Positions 17,271 through 27,195 of a stretch of 64,000 nt of DNA are shown piece after piece; position 1 is the stretch's first letter, and every line of letters starts with the position of its first letter. The stretch is taken from the sequence record ON210137.1; one strand, given 5' to 3'. Source of the stretch: Escherichia phage EC150. Position numbers and translations under genes: made by a program. The notes beneath the pieces are model-generated. The model was not told where the DNA came from. It saw only the letters and a program-made list of their open reading frames with translations, and searched no databases.

Positions 17271-17683
17271 TTGATAATCCCCTTGATGTCTGATTCTGCC
17301 ATAAAGATTGGAGTGCCGCCGCCAGGAACAATAGAGCGCGTGACCTTGTCAAACATATCGTTTTCTTCAACTTGAATACGATAAAATTTATTTTTGGATG
17401 AAGATGGGCACAATCCCATAAATTTTCCGATGCCGCGAACGCATTCATCTTCAAAGTATACTGTTTCACCTTGAATGGAGTCGATGTCGTCTACTGGATA
17501 GACCTTGCGACCCAATAGCCACTCATCCAAAGTCGCCTGCAAGACGTTGCGCGCATCTAAAATCCACGGGTCAATAGTAGCACCTTCATATCGCGCAGCA
17601 GTGGCCTTTGCCAGTTCTTCATATTCGCATACGTTAACGACTTCGCCGTTGTGCAAGACGACAAATACAATTGTTGTGCTCAT
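17267..17683 (-). CDS. hypothetical protein (138 aa)
   Basis: First gene of a two-gene minus-strand cassette inserted between terminase and portal. Confidence 0.5.
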   Translation of the reverse strand: MSTTIVFVVLHNGEVVNVCEYEELAKATAARYEGATIDPWILDARNVLQATLDEWLLGRKVYPVDDIDSIQGETVYFEDECVRGIGKFMGLCPSSSKNKFYRIQVEENDMFDKVTRSIVPGGGTPIFMAESDIKGIIK

Positions 17684-17778
17684 TTCAATCTCCTTTCGTT
17701 TGGTTAACTAAAATATAACTCAAAATGATACAAAAGCAAAATATTTTATGAACTATTTATGATCACCATACATATCAT

Positions 17779-17807
17779 TTGCTTACAAACACATGAATAT
17801 TTATAAT
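17779..17807 (+). promoter_or_regulatory. sigma70-type promoter upstream of portal gene
   Basis: TTGCTT, 17-bp spacer, TATAAT in the AT-rich divergent intergenic region. Confidence 0.5.
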
Positions 17808-17845
17808 ATAGATTGATTCCCTTTCACTGTCAGGTGGCGTTAACA

Positions 17846-20221
17846 ATGAAAATTCTTGGCATAAAACTCTGGGAGAAGACGCAACCAGAAGCCGAACCAG
17901 CGGAGATGCCGCCAGGCGACCCATTGGCACCGTTTGAACGCCTTGAAAGGCGCGGCAGCGGTCAACGCTGGGAAAAGACTGAAAGCAATCGACCGACCTT
18001 TAAAACGGTTGATGACTTCCCTTTATATGAGCCTGATATTAATGGCGATGGTGTTGCAATCATAAAAGGTCGTTCAGTCGATTCCGCAACAGTATCCAAA
18101 AAGGTTATGGATAATGCCTTAAAGAACATCAGTTCAGAAGGGCAAGTCAACCCATACACAGTACCTATTCAACTTCAAAACTGGTATTTGTCACAGTCAT
18201 TCATCGGCTATCAAGCTTGTGCCATCATCGCACAGCATTGGCTGGTGAACAAGGCATGTTCCATGGTAGGCCGCGATGCGGTCCGTAAAGGTTGGGAAGT
18301 CAAATCCAGTTCTGAGTCAGAATTGTCAGTACAGGCAAGCGAACGCCTAAAGCAAATTGATAAAGAATTTAATATCAAAGAGCACTTAGTTGAAGCCGAA
18401 CGATTCAAAAATATTTTTGGTATCCGCGTCATCATATTTGATGTGCGTAGTGATGACCCAGAATATTACAGCAAGCCTTTTAACATTGATGGTGTGACAA
18501 AGGGGTCTTATAAGGGAATCATTCAGGTTGACCCTTATTGGATGATGCCGTTTCTGACGTCTGAAAACACAGCAGACCCTGCATCACAGCACTTCTATGA
18601 CCCAGAATATTGGGTAATCAGCGGACAACGTTATCATCGCAGCCACCTCATAATCTTGCGCAACGATGAGCCAGCTGATATTCTCAAGCCGACTTATATT
18701 TACGGCGGCATTCCTCTGACTCAGCAGATTTATGAACGCATCTATGCCGCTGAACGTACCGCCAACGAAGCGCCATTGCTGGCGATGTCCAAGCGTACAA
18801 CGACGCTGCGGACCGACGTTGACAAGGCTATTGCCAATGAGCGGTCTTTTGCAGAACGTCTGATGATGTGGATCAAGTACCGCGACAACTATGCAGTCAA
18901 AGTGCTTGGCCAAAAAGAAGAGATGGACCAGTTTGACATCAACTTGTCAGACTTCGACAGCATCATCATGAACCAGTACCAGCTTGTGGCCGCAATCGCA
19001 AAAGTTCCGTCGACCAAACTGCTTGGGACTTCGCCAAAAGGCTTTAACGCCACTGGTGAATTCGAGATGGTCAGCTATCACGAAGAGTTGGAAACGTGCC
19101 AGCAGCATGACCTGACAAAAATTCTCGACCGCCATTACAAAATCCTTCTCAAATCAGAAGGGGTGGATGTCGATGTTAAGGTTGCATGGGAACCAGTTGG
19201 CTCACTTACTGCTACTCAACTTGCAGAAATCAATGATAAGCGAGCCAACACTGGCAAAACTCTTATTGATGCTGGCGTCATTTCTCCTGATGAAGAGCGC
19301 GACCGCATCAAAGACGACAAAAACAGCGGCTACAACCGTCTGCCGGAAGACGCAGCAGAAGAAACCCCAGGGATGTCTCCAGAGAATATGGCATTGCTTG
19401 GCAAGTCTGCTGGTGAAGTCCTGCAAGGTAAGGCCGATATTGAACAGGCGAAAGCTGATGTCGTTAAGATGGGCGGCCAGTTCTATAGCGAAACAGGTAT
19501 TATGCCAGAGGGTGCCGCGCGCGGTGAGTTGGCGGAAAACCCTGACAAAGCGCCTGTCGAAATCAACATGGACGATACCGATGATGAATCGAGCCATCAC
19601 ATTGATGTCCTAACGCAGTTGAAAGAAGGGCTGGAGGGTATTGCGGATTACTACCTGAAAGAAGGTCAGGATGTGGATTTTGACCCTCAAAAAGATTCAC
19701 GGTCGGTGCAACCGTCTACCCTTCCAAGCGTTAAAGGACACGTAGTCAACTTACGCCACAACGTGGGTAAAATGGACGCAGCATCATTACCTAAGATGAA
19801 GTTGCACGGAATGATTCTTGGCATTGAGAATCCGCGAAACAGCATTCGTAGAGGAAACAGCATTGACGGTGAATGGGCCGTGAAGATGCCGCACCACTAC
19901 GGATTCATCAAGGGCACCAAGGGCGCAGACGGTGATGAAGTCGACTGCTTTGTGGGTCCAAATCTGAAGTCGCCGAAAGTCTTTATTGTGAACCAAAACG
20001 ATAACTACTCTGGCGAGTTTGATGAACACAAGTGTATGCTTGGATTCGATTCAGCAGAAGAAGCGAAAGAAGCTTATCAAGCATCATTTGGTAACGGTTG
20101 GAACGGCTTCGACTCAATCCACGAATTAGATGTGAACTCATTCAAGGAGTGGTTGAAGGGTGATTGCTCTCAAGCATACGGAGCACTCAATAATCCTACT
20201 AATTCACCGAAGCAAGGTTGA
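17846..20221 (+). CDS. portal protein with C-terminal inorganic-pyrophosphatase-like extension
   Basis: 791 aa from ATG after AGGTGG; position after terminase; C-terminal ~150 aa contains HYGFIKGTKGADGDEVDCFV, matching the family I pyrophosphatase signature as recalled. Confidence 0.8.
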   Translation: MKILGIKLWEKTQPEAEPAEMPPGDPLAPFERLERRGSGQRWEKTESNRPTFKTVDDFPLYEPDINGDGVAIIKGRSVDSATVSKKVMDNALKNISSEGQVNPYTVPIQLQNWYLSQSFIGYQACAIIAQHWLVNKACSMVGRDAVRKGWEVKSSSESELSVQASERLKQIDKEFNIKEHLVEAERFKNIFGIRVIIFDVRSDDPEYYSKPFNIDGVTKGSYKGIIQVDPYWMMPFLTSENTADPASQHFYDPEYWVISGQRYHRSHLIILRNDEPADILKPTYIYGGIPLTQQIYERIYAAERTANEAPLLAMSKRTTTLRTDVDKAIANERSFAERLMMWIKYRDNYAVKVLGQKEEMDQFDINLSDFDSIIMNQYQLVAAIAKVPSTKLLGTSPKGFNATGEFEMVSYHEELETCQQHDLTKILDRHYKILLKSEGVDVDVKVAWEPVGSLTATQLAEINDKRANTGKTLIDAGVISPDEERDRIKDDKNSGYNRLPEDAAEETPGMSPENMALLGKSAGEVLQGKADIEQAKADVVKMGGQFYSETGIMPEGAARGELAENPDKAPVEINMDDTDDESSHHIDVLTQLKEGLEGIADYYLKEGQDVDFDPQKDSRSVQPSTLPSVKGHVVNLRHNVGKMDAASLPKMKLHGMILGIENPRNSIRRGNSIDGEWAVKMPHHYGFIKGTKGADGDEVDCFVGPNLKSPKVFIVNQNDNYSGEFDEHKCMLGFDSAEEAKEAYQASFGNGWNGFDSIHELDVNSFKEWLKGDCSQAYGALNNPTNSPKQG

Positions 20222-20222
20222 T

Positions 20223-21074
20223 ATGGCTTTTAAAGCTTCGAAAAAACGTGAACGCCGCTCACCCGATAGAGTCGGGCGCGGCAGTCCGATAATCCCATCC
20301 AACGCTATTGCGATGGCCTATCGTCGTGAGATGAAAGGTCTTTGCTATGCGATGATTGACGACTATCAAGCAGGAATTGCTGAGTGGCTTGAAAAGAAGC
20401 AGGTTAAAAAGTTCTTTGCGCAAGACTCTGCTGATTCAACTTTTCAGACCTTGATGAAGCGACTGCAACTGAAATGGGCAAAAGCTTTCGCCCGTGTCGG
20501 GTCAAAGATTGCCGCAGATTTCATCAAGTCAGTTGAAAAGGGCGCCACTTCTGCTACATTTGCAAGTCTTAAATCTGCAGGAATAGAAGCGCCAAAAGCC
20601 ACATATAATAAATTCGTTGAGAACACTCTTAAAACAAGCGAGACGTTCAACACGACTTTAGTGACTAAGGTTGGCGAAGATATTCACAACAGGGTGTACG
20701 AAGCGGTGATGCTTTCGCTGACTTCGCCAGACCCAGCACAACAAGGCACGTCAGGCATTCAGGCGGCATTGCGAAACGTAAAACACTTCTCTGCAAAGAG
20801 AGTCGACTTGATCGCTAAAGACCAGACAAGCAAGTTGTATTGCGTTCTAAGCGATGAAAGGATGCGCCAGAATGGAGTCGAAGAATTTGAGTGGGCGCAC
20901 TCAGGAGCAGGAAAGGAGCCGCGAATCTCTCATGAACACGTCGACGGAATGAGATTCAAACTTGATGACAAGCGCCTATGGGAAGTTGGCGGCGAATTGA
21001 AGTTCAAAAAGGGTGACATCGGTCCTCCTGGATGGGCAATACACTGCAAGTGCAGAAAAATACCAATCATTTGA
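20223..21074 (+). CDS. head morphogenesis protein (MuF/SPP1 gp7-like)
   Basis: Start adjusted to internal ATG right after portal stop; position and length typical of minor head protein. Confidence 0.7.
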   Translation: MAFKASKKRERRSPDRVGRGSPIIPSNAIAMAYRREMKGLCYAMIDDYQAGIAEWLEKKQVKKFFAQDSADSTFQTLMKRLQLKWAKAFARVGSKIAADFIKSVEKGATSATFASLKSAGIEAPKATYNKFVENTLKTSETFNTTLVTKVGEDIHNRVYEAVMLSLTSPDPAQQGTSGIQAALRNVKHFSAKRVDLIAKDQTSKLYCVLSDERMRQNGVEEFEWAHSGAGKEPRISHEHVDGMRFKLDDKRLWEVGGELKFKKGDIGPPGWAIHCKCRKIPII

Positions 21075-21081
21075 GGTCATT

Positions 21082-22002
21082 ATGACGATACCAATCAGCA
21101 CGTTTCCTCTATCTGGACAAACGCCAGTATTGCCTGCTGTATATGCTAACGGTTTGGCGATTGTTTCAGAATTTACATCCGATAAAAACCTGATTGTTCC
21201 ATTGAGTCCGCCATTGGCATCTGGATACAATTCAGTTGGTCAATTCTTTATGATCGGTAATGATGGCGATTCTACCAGCAAGCCGAATCTGACACTTTCA
21301 GTTCCCAAAATGAACATAACAGACGTGCAGACTGGTTTAACTGCATCTACAATCACCATCGCTTTTGGAGAAGCAGTGATTATAGGCATGGAGTCTGGAG
21401 GGTCCAAGAATGCTGTCGCCGTTAAGGTAGTCAAATCCAGCGGCAACCAATACACGTTACCAGCGGCAACGGCTTCTGTTCTCGGCGGCGTCAAGATAGG
21501 AAGTGGCATAAGTGTTGCAGGTGACGGTACAATTAGTGTTACTCAATACTCGTTACCGATTGCATCAGCATCAACCTTGGGTGGCGTAAAAGTAGGAACG
21601 ACACTATCAATTGATGGTTCTGGAGTTCTTAATGCTGCTGCAAGCAATGTGCAAAACACAAGCAATAGTGTAAGCAATCCTCCGACAACTCTGGTGAATC
21701 TGGCAACATTAAACCTGCCTGCAGGGAAATGGCTTGTGACAGCAAGTCAGTTGACTGTCGCAACAGAAGGAGTTCAAGCGAATACCGGAATTACAGTAAA
21801 ATTGTCAACAAGTAATTCAGATATTACGGATGATGCATTCACGATGTCTGCTGGCATTCGGGCTGCAGGTCGTTTCGGCGGCAATATTCCAACAAAGATA
21901 ATTACTCTTGCCGCGCCTGGCAACGTGTATCTAAACTATCAATGCACAGACGCATTGACATCTACCGTTTACGGACAGATCACCGCAATTAAGTTGAACT
22001 AA
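21082..22002 (+). CDS. structural protein with fibre-like repeats (possible head fibre or decoration)
   Basis: Repeated ...A(T/S)AS(V/T)LGGVK(I/V)G... units; Gly/Ser/Thr-rich; GAGG RBS. Confidence 0.55.
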   Translation: MTIPISTFPLSGQTPVLPAVYANGLAIVSEFTSDKNLIVPLSPPLASGYNSVGQFFMIGNDGDSTSKPNLTLSVPKMNITDVQTGLTASTITIAFGEAVIIGMESGGSKNAVAVKVVKSSGNQYTLPAATASVLGGVKIGSGISVAGDGTISVTQYSLPIASASTLGGVKVGTTLSIDGSGVLNAAASNVQNTSNSVSNPPTTLVNLATLNLPAGKWLVTASQLTVATEGVQANTGITVKLSTSNSDITDDAFTMSAGIRAAGRFGGNIPTKIITLAAPGNVYLNYQCTDALTSTVYGQITAIKLN

Positions 22003-22012
22003 AGAGGAAGTT

Positions 22013-22150
22013 ATGCAAAAGATTATGCAGTCACGTTACGTTAAAGTGCGAAATATTAATTGCAACTCTTTGCTTTCTTGGAAATGGGCTGTTTACGACT
22101 CGATGCTGATTGGCGTTTTAGTTGCTGGAGTGCTTTTTAATATTCACTGA
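22013..22150 (+). CDS. small hydrophobic peptide (45 aa)
   Basis: ATG 5 nt after AAGAGGAAG; product has hydrophobic C-terminal half; below the size cut-off of the ORF track. Confidence 0.3.
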   Translation: MQKIMQSRYVKVRNINCNSLLSWKWAVYDSMLIGVLVAGVLFNIH

Positions 22151-22189
22151 ATCGCCTGGCAATGGATTGCCGCAGGATTTCACGCGTAT

Positions 22190-22460
22190 AATGACGTATC
22201 ATCCGTATCAAGTAAGTAGTTGTTTTCAAAAGAATCTTACGGATGATACGGATGATACGCGTTGCCGCGATACTTTATAGGAATTCAAATAAATTAATTT
22301 AAAATTATATATCTAATTTAATTTTATTTTTTTATAAACTCTTATATATGAAAAGTATCCGTATCATCCGTATCATCCGTAGCACACCAGTGATAGCGCG
22401 GCTTATACACCGATACGGATAAAAATACGCCTCATTTTATCCGTATCATCCGTATCACAC
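22190..22460. repeat. repeat-flanked AT-rich element, copy B
   Basis: Tandem and inverted copies of TCATCCGTA / CGTATCATCCGTA around an AT-rich core (22280-22350); homologous to 6210-6575. Confidence 0.6.
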
Positions 22461-22574
22461 TAATTAAGGCGCGCGGCTATATCGGTTGTTATACATATTC
22501 AAACCATAATTATTGTTTGCCTAAGTTTTTTTCATTAGATATAATACACAATACTTATTTGAGGGTGGATGCGA

Positions 22575-23987
22575 ATGCAAACGGCACGCGAAATTGACAA
22601 AAATGGATTCTTGACGATTGTGGGTTGTCCCATTTCGTCATTTGGCATTTTTGATTATTCTGCAGGTCAGGTTGGACTTGATGGTGATCCGAATCGCATC
22701 GTAAAAGTTTATCGCCCAGAGTCAGCGGTGAAAGACCCCGAAGCGATAGATTCATTCAAAAATATCCCTTTCATCGACAATCACGAAATGCTTTCTGGAT
22801 TCGAAGGTGATGAGGATAACACAGCACCCGAAGAGTATGGCGTTGATGGCGTTCTAACTGGCAATGTTTATTATGACAAGCCATGGATGCGCGGCGACCT
22901 TAAAGTTTTTAGCCGTCGTCTGAAGAAAGCCATCGATTCTGGAAAGGTTGACTTGTCTTTGGGCTATGACTGTGAATTCATCATACAGTCTGGAGAGTTT
23001 GACGGGCAGCCGTATGAAGTGGTACAGACAACTCTTCGCGGCAACCACATTGCTCTCGTGGACGTTGGTCGAGTACCAGGTGCACGGGTGCTGGATGGTC
23101 GTTGCTTTGACCATCTTTGTTTGACGACTGTAACACCATCCAACGAGGATTTAGACATGCCAAAACCGTTAAAAGGTAAAGCGCGTGATAATGCTGTTGA
23201 ACAGCTGAAGTCGCTGATCCCTGCGCTCGAACAATTTCTGAATGAAGAGAGCACCGAAGCTGCTCATCAGGACGAAGTTGAAGTGAAAGCAGAAGAGAAG
23301 GATTCAACCGAAGAACGTGAAGAAGTGATGGTTGATCCAGAAGTCAAAGCAGAAGCTGAAGAGACTCCAGAAGGTGAAGAGAAGTTTGAAGTTGAAACTG
23401 AATCTCACGCTGGCGGCGAGCTTCCGCAACTGATCAGCCAAATCGAAGCACTTATTGCAAAACTGAAAGGTGGCGCGGTAGGTGATGAAGAAGAAGTTGA
23501 AGCCGAAGTCAAAGACGAAGAAGTTGAAGTCAAGGCTGAAGATGTATCACCTTGCGACAAAGCTGAAGATGTGGTTAGCGGCCTGCAAAACAGCAACGTA
23601 AAGGGGGCTTCGGTCGAAAAAGATGACAAACCGACAAAAGCGGCGAAAGCGTCGCCAGGTCCAGCAAAAGGGGAACACTCAATGGCATCTGATTCAGCAG
23701 TTGCTGCTTTCTACGCTGATTCTGCTCGTAAGAATAGCCTCTACCAGCGCCTGTCTAAAGTTGTTGGTGCCTTTGATCATGCAACTATGGACTCCAAGTC
23801 CGTAGCGAAATATGGCGCTAAAAAGTTAGGCTTGAAGTGCGTTGATGGTGCTGAGTTTGACGTGGTGGATAATTATCTGCGCGGCGTTGAACACGGTCAA
23901 AAACAGCGTGTAGTCGCAAAACAAAAGGCTGCTGCGGATTCTGCAGCAACTGACGAAGCGTTTGAAGCTTGGTTGAAAGGGGAATAA
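22575..23987 (+). CDS. scaffolding protein (possibly with prohead-protease-like N-terminal domain)
   Basis: Position between head morphogenesis and capsid genes; highly acidic Glu/Val/Lys-rich central region; start adjusted to ATG 6 nt after GAGGGTGG. Confidence 0.55.
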   Translation: MQTAREIDKNGFLTIVGCPISSFGIFDYSAGQVGLDGDPNRIVKVYRPESAVKDPEAIDSFKNIPFIDNHEMLSGFEGDEDNTAPEEYGVDGVLTGNVYYDKPWMRGDLKVFSRRLKKAIDSGKVDLSLGYDCEFIIQSGEFDGQPYEVVQTTLRGNHIALVDVGRVPGARVLDGRCFDHLCLTTVTPSNEDLDMPKPLKGKARDNAVEQLKSLIPALEQFLNEESTEAAHQDEVEVKAEEKDSTEEREEVMVDPEVKAEAEETPEGEEKFEVETESHAGGELPQLISQIEALIAKLKGGAVGDEEEVEAEVKDEEVEVKAEDVSPCDKAEDVVSGLQNSNVKGASVEKDDKPTKAAKASPGPAKGEHSMASDSAVAAFYADSARKNSLYQRLSKVVGAFDHATMDSKSVAKYGAKKLGLKCVDGAEFDVVDNYLRGVEHGQKQRVVAKQKAAADSAATDEAFEAWLKGE

Positions 23988-23989
23988 AC

Positions 23990-24607
23990 ATGACTTTCCA
24001 AACTAGTGTAGGCCGTCAATATACAACTGGCTTTCCTGGCGACATCGTTCGCGACGGCCCACAGCGTGGGAAGCCAGGCCGAATTGCCAACGCTAACGAA
24101 GGCGCAAACGTAAACGCCATCAGCCGTGTGTTCGGTTTTAAGACTGACGTATCCTTAATGGGTACTGGTCAAACCAAAACTTTGGGCGCGCAGGACTTTG
24201 AAGTTGAGCTGGGCGGCACTAACTACTACGGCATCCTCGGCAATAGCAAGCGTTACGCGCTGTATGGCAACTCTACTGGCCCTTTGGGTGCCAGCATGGT
24301 TCTGCCTCAATATAGCGAAGGCGAGTTCTATGATATGTGCACGGGCCTCGTAGTTGAAGTATTCAACCCAAGCACCAGTCCGCAGACGCTTAACTATGGC
24401 GACCTGCTTGCTTATGTACCTAAAGGCATTTCCAGCGGTAACAACCCGAACAACTTGCCTATTGGTGCAATTATCGCCTATACTGGCTCATTGCCAACTG
24501 GCATGGTTGCCATCCCAGGCGGTATTGTGATTGACCCGACGACTATTGCCCTTTCCGGCCCAAGCGTCCAGTCTTCCACTTATACCATTGTACAATTGAC
24601 TCGTTAA
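23990..24607 (+). CDS. head protein (about 205 aa)
   Basis: Gly-rich ORF between scaffold and major capsid genes; start adjusted to internal ATG. Confidence 0.5.
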   Translation: MTFQTSVGRQYTTGFPGDIVRDGPQRGKPGRIANANEGANVNAISRVFGFKTDVSLMGTGQTKTLGAQDFEVELGGTNYYGILGNSKRYALYGNSTGPLGASMVLPQYSEGEFYDMCTGLVVEVFNPSTSPQTLNYGDLLAYVPKGISSGNNPNNLPIGAIIAYTGSLPTGMVAIPGGIVIDPTTIALSGPSVQSSTYTIVQLTR

Positions 24608-24621
24608 TAGGCAGGTGAATA

Positions 24622-25761
24622 ATGACTCGCATTAGCCAAACACACTCTCGCCTCCCAGCGAGCAAGGTGCGCCCTTTTGATATGCAATCCGTGACCGACG
24701 CGGCTGTTTCCCAGCTTGCGCGTATCGGTATTGTGTTTGATTCCGCGATTGTGCGTGATCAGATTGAGCACTTAAACCGTGCAGGCGCTTTCCGCGTAGG
24801 TGACGCCGCATTTACTGCGCCGCAGACCACGCCATCAATCCCGACCCCGCTGCAGTTCCTGCAACAGTGGCTGCCTGGCTTCGTCAAAATCATGACCGCT
24901 GCCCGTAAAATTGACGAGCTGGTTGGTATTGATACTGTTGGTCAGTGGGAAGATGCAGAAATCGTTCAGGGCATCGTTGAACCAGCTGGCACCGCAGTTG
25001 AATATGGTGATTTCACCTCTATTCCTCTGGCAAGCTGGAACGTGAACTTTGAACGCCGTTCCATCGTTCGCGGTGAAATGGGCATGGCAGTCGGCATGCT
25101 GGAAGAAGGCCGCGCGTCTGCGATGCGTCTGAACTCTGCAGAGACCAAGCGCCAGCAGGCTGCTGTATCTCTGGAAATCATGCGTAACGCAATCGGCTTC
25201 TATGGTTGGTATAACGGGAACAACCGCACGTTCGGCTTCCTGAATGATCCAAACCTGCCAGCGGCAATGACTTCAAACACCACTTCCGGCTGGGCTACTG
25301 CGACCTTCCAACAGGTGACTGCAGACATCCGTTTGATGGTTCGTCAAATCCGTGTCAACTCTCAGGACCAGATTGATCCAGAGAAGGTTGATATGACTCT
25401 GGCGCTGCCGACCAACTCTATTGATTGGCTGTCAAACACCACCGACTTCGGTATTTCTGTACGTGACTGGATCACCCAGACTTATCCGAAGATGAAGATC
25501 AAATCTGCACCGGAACTCAACGGCGCACTTGGCAGTGACCCGACTTTCCTGAACGTGGCATATCTGTACGCTGATCACATCGATTCCTCAATTGATGGCT
25601 CAAGCGATGATGGTTCCGTATTCAGTCAACTGGTCCAGACTAAGTTTATGACTCTGGGCGTTGAGAAACGCGCTAAGAGCTACGTTGAAGACTACGCAAA
25701 CGCAACAGCAGGCGTTCTGCTCAAGCGTCCTTTCGCAGTCGTCCGTATGACTGGTATCTAA
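24622..25761 (+). CDS. major capsid protein
   Basis: 379 aa; position after scaffold; followed by a stem-loop (25787-25816). Confidence 0.7.
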   Translation: MTRISQTHSRLPASKVRPFDMQSVTDAAVSQLARIGIVFDSAIVRDQIEHLNRAGAFRVGDAAFTAPQTTPSIPTPLQFLQQWLPGFVKIMTAARKIDELVGIDTVGQWEDAEIVQGIVEPAGTAVEYGDFTSIPLASWNVNFERRSIVRGEMGMAVGMLEEGRASAMRLNSAETKRQQAAVSLEIMRNAIGFYGWYNGNNRTFGFLNDPNLPAAMTSNTTSGWATATFQQVTADIRLMVRQIRVNSQDQIDPEKVDMTLALPTNSIDWLSNTTDFGISVRDWITQTYPKMKIKSAPELNGALGSDPTFLNVAYLYADHIDSSIDGSSDDGSVFSQLVQTKFMTLGVEKRAKSYVEDYANATAGVLLKRPFAVVRMTGI

Positions 25762-25876
25762 TTGCTGTGATTACACAGTAAAACACATGGGGCGTGGTCG
25801 AAAGGCTTCGCCCCATATCAATAGACCTCAAGGGCTGTAGGGGCTTATCTGAGGCTTATATAAATAGGACTACAAA

Positions 25877-26341
25877 ATGCCAAAATACATCGTTTCAACT
25901 ATGTCTATGTCAGTCAACTACACTTTCTATACGGAAGTGAAAGAAAACCCGAATGCAAAAGCTGGTTCAGGCGCTCTTCCAAATATTCGCAAACAGATTC
26001 TGATCAAGGGCGGTGCTGGTCTTACTTCGGCAACTTCCGGCTTTGGTGAAATGGCAAAAGGCGCTGATGGTGCACCTTTGTGGACTCCTGAAGGAATCGT
26101 CACCGTTGTAAGCGATGCTGATTTTGAACATTTAAAAGATCATCACGTATTCAAGCAGCACCTTGAAAAAGGTCTGGTTAAAGTGGTTAACCACGACATC
26201 GTTGGCAATCATAAAGCTGTCGCTAAAGAAGCGCGCGGCATGTCAGATGACCCGTTCGCACCTATGACGCGTGAGACGGCTGACAAGCGCATCAAGGTTA
26301 AATTGAGCGGCGAACAAGAAGATGATTTGTTCCGCGTTTAA
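25877..26341 (+). CDS. hypothetical head/neck protein (154 aa)
   Basis: ORF in structural operon. Confidence 0.5.
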   Translation: MPKYIVSTMSMSVNYTFYTEVKENPNAKAGSGALPNIRKQILIKGGAGLTSATSGFGEMAKGADGAPLWTPEGIVTVVSDADFEHLKDHHVFKQHLEKGLVKVVNHDIVGNHKAVAKEARGMSDDPFAPMTRETADKRIKVKLSGEQEDDLFRV

Positions 26342-26346
26342 ATAAG

Positions 26347-26811
26347 GTGAATGCCATGTCATTAGATTACGAAAAGTTCAGAATAAAATTTCCACAGTTT
26401 GCTGATCAGGTAAAATTCCCTGACACAACGCTTCAAGTATTCTATGACATGGCATGTGAATTTATTGAATCACAAGACAGTCCTTGTCGTGTTTTAAATG
26501 GCAGTAAATTGGAGCTGGCATTGGAATATATGACGGCTCATCTTTTATGCATAGCCACAGACCAACAGGTGTCTGTGTCTTCTGGTGACGGAGTTGAACA
26601 AGGCGGCTTCGTGACTGGTGCAACAATCGGTGACATCACCGTGAATAAGGTAGCGCCGCCTGCAAGTGATGGTTGGGAATACTGGCTTTCAAGCACTCCT
26701 TATGGCATGGCGCTTTGGGCGCTTCTGCAAGCACTGGCTGTCGGCGGCTTGTCGTTTGGCGGTCTTCCAGAGCGCGAAGGATTTCGTAAAATTGGTGGGG
26801 TATTCTGGTGA
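26347..26811 (+). CDS. head-tail adaptor-like protein
   Basis: Position between capsid and tail genes; 154 aa. Confidence 0.45.
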   Translation: MNAMSLDYEKFRIKFPQFADQVKFPDTTLQVFYDMACEFIESQDSPCRVLNGSKLELALEYMTAHLLCIATDQQVSVSSGDGVEQGGFVTGATIGDITVNKVAPPASDGWEYWLSSTPYGMALWALLQALAVGGLSFGGLPEREGFRKIGGVFW

Positions 26812-27194
26812 GGATTCCTGGCGTAAACTTATATCGAGTTGCGACAAAGGTCATCGGTCGCCAACCGATTCAATATTACATGTACAAGGGGCGCACTCTT
26901 GATAAAATGCGCAACTACGTTACCACTTATGAAGAACCAATCACGCTACTTGCTTCGGTGCAGGCTGTTCTTCGAAATCAATACGTCGAGCTTGGATTGG
27001 AGCTTCAAAAGAACTATGTCAAAATCTGGGTAGACAAAGACATTGTTGACCTTGACCGCGACGCTTCCGGCGACTATTTTGTGTTTGGTGGGAAAACGTA
27101 TAAAATGGAAGATGAAACGACATGGTTTGACCAAGATGGTTGGACGACTTGCCTTGCCGTGGAAATAAAACAAAGCTTTCCAGTGTCTACTTGA
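26808..27194 (+). CDS. neck/head-completion protein (128 aa)
   Basis: ORF in structural operon with overlapping start. Confidence 0.5.
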   Translation: MRIPGVNLYRVATKVIGRQPIQYYMYKGRTLDKMRNYVTTYEEPITLLASVQAVLRNQYVELGLELQKNYVKIWVDKDIVDLDRDASGDYFVFGGKTYKMEDETTWFDQDGWTTCLAVEIKQSFPVST

Positions 27195-27195
27195 G

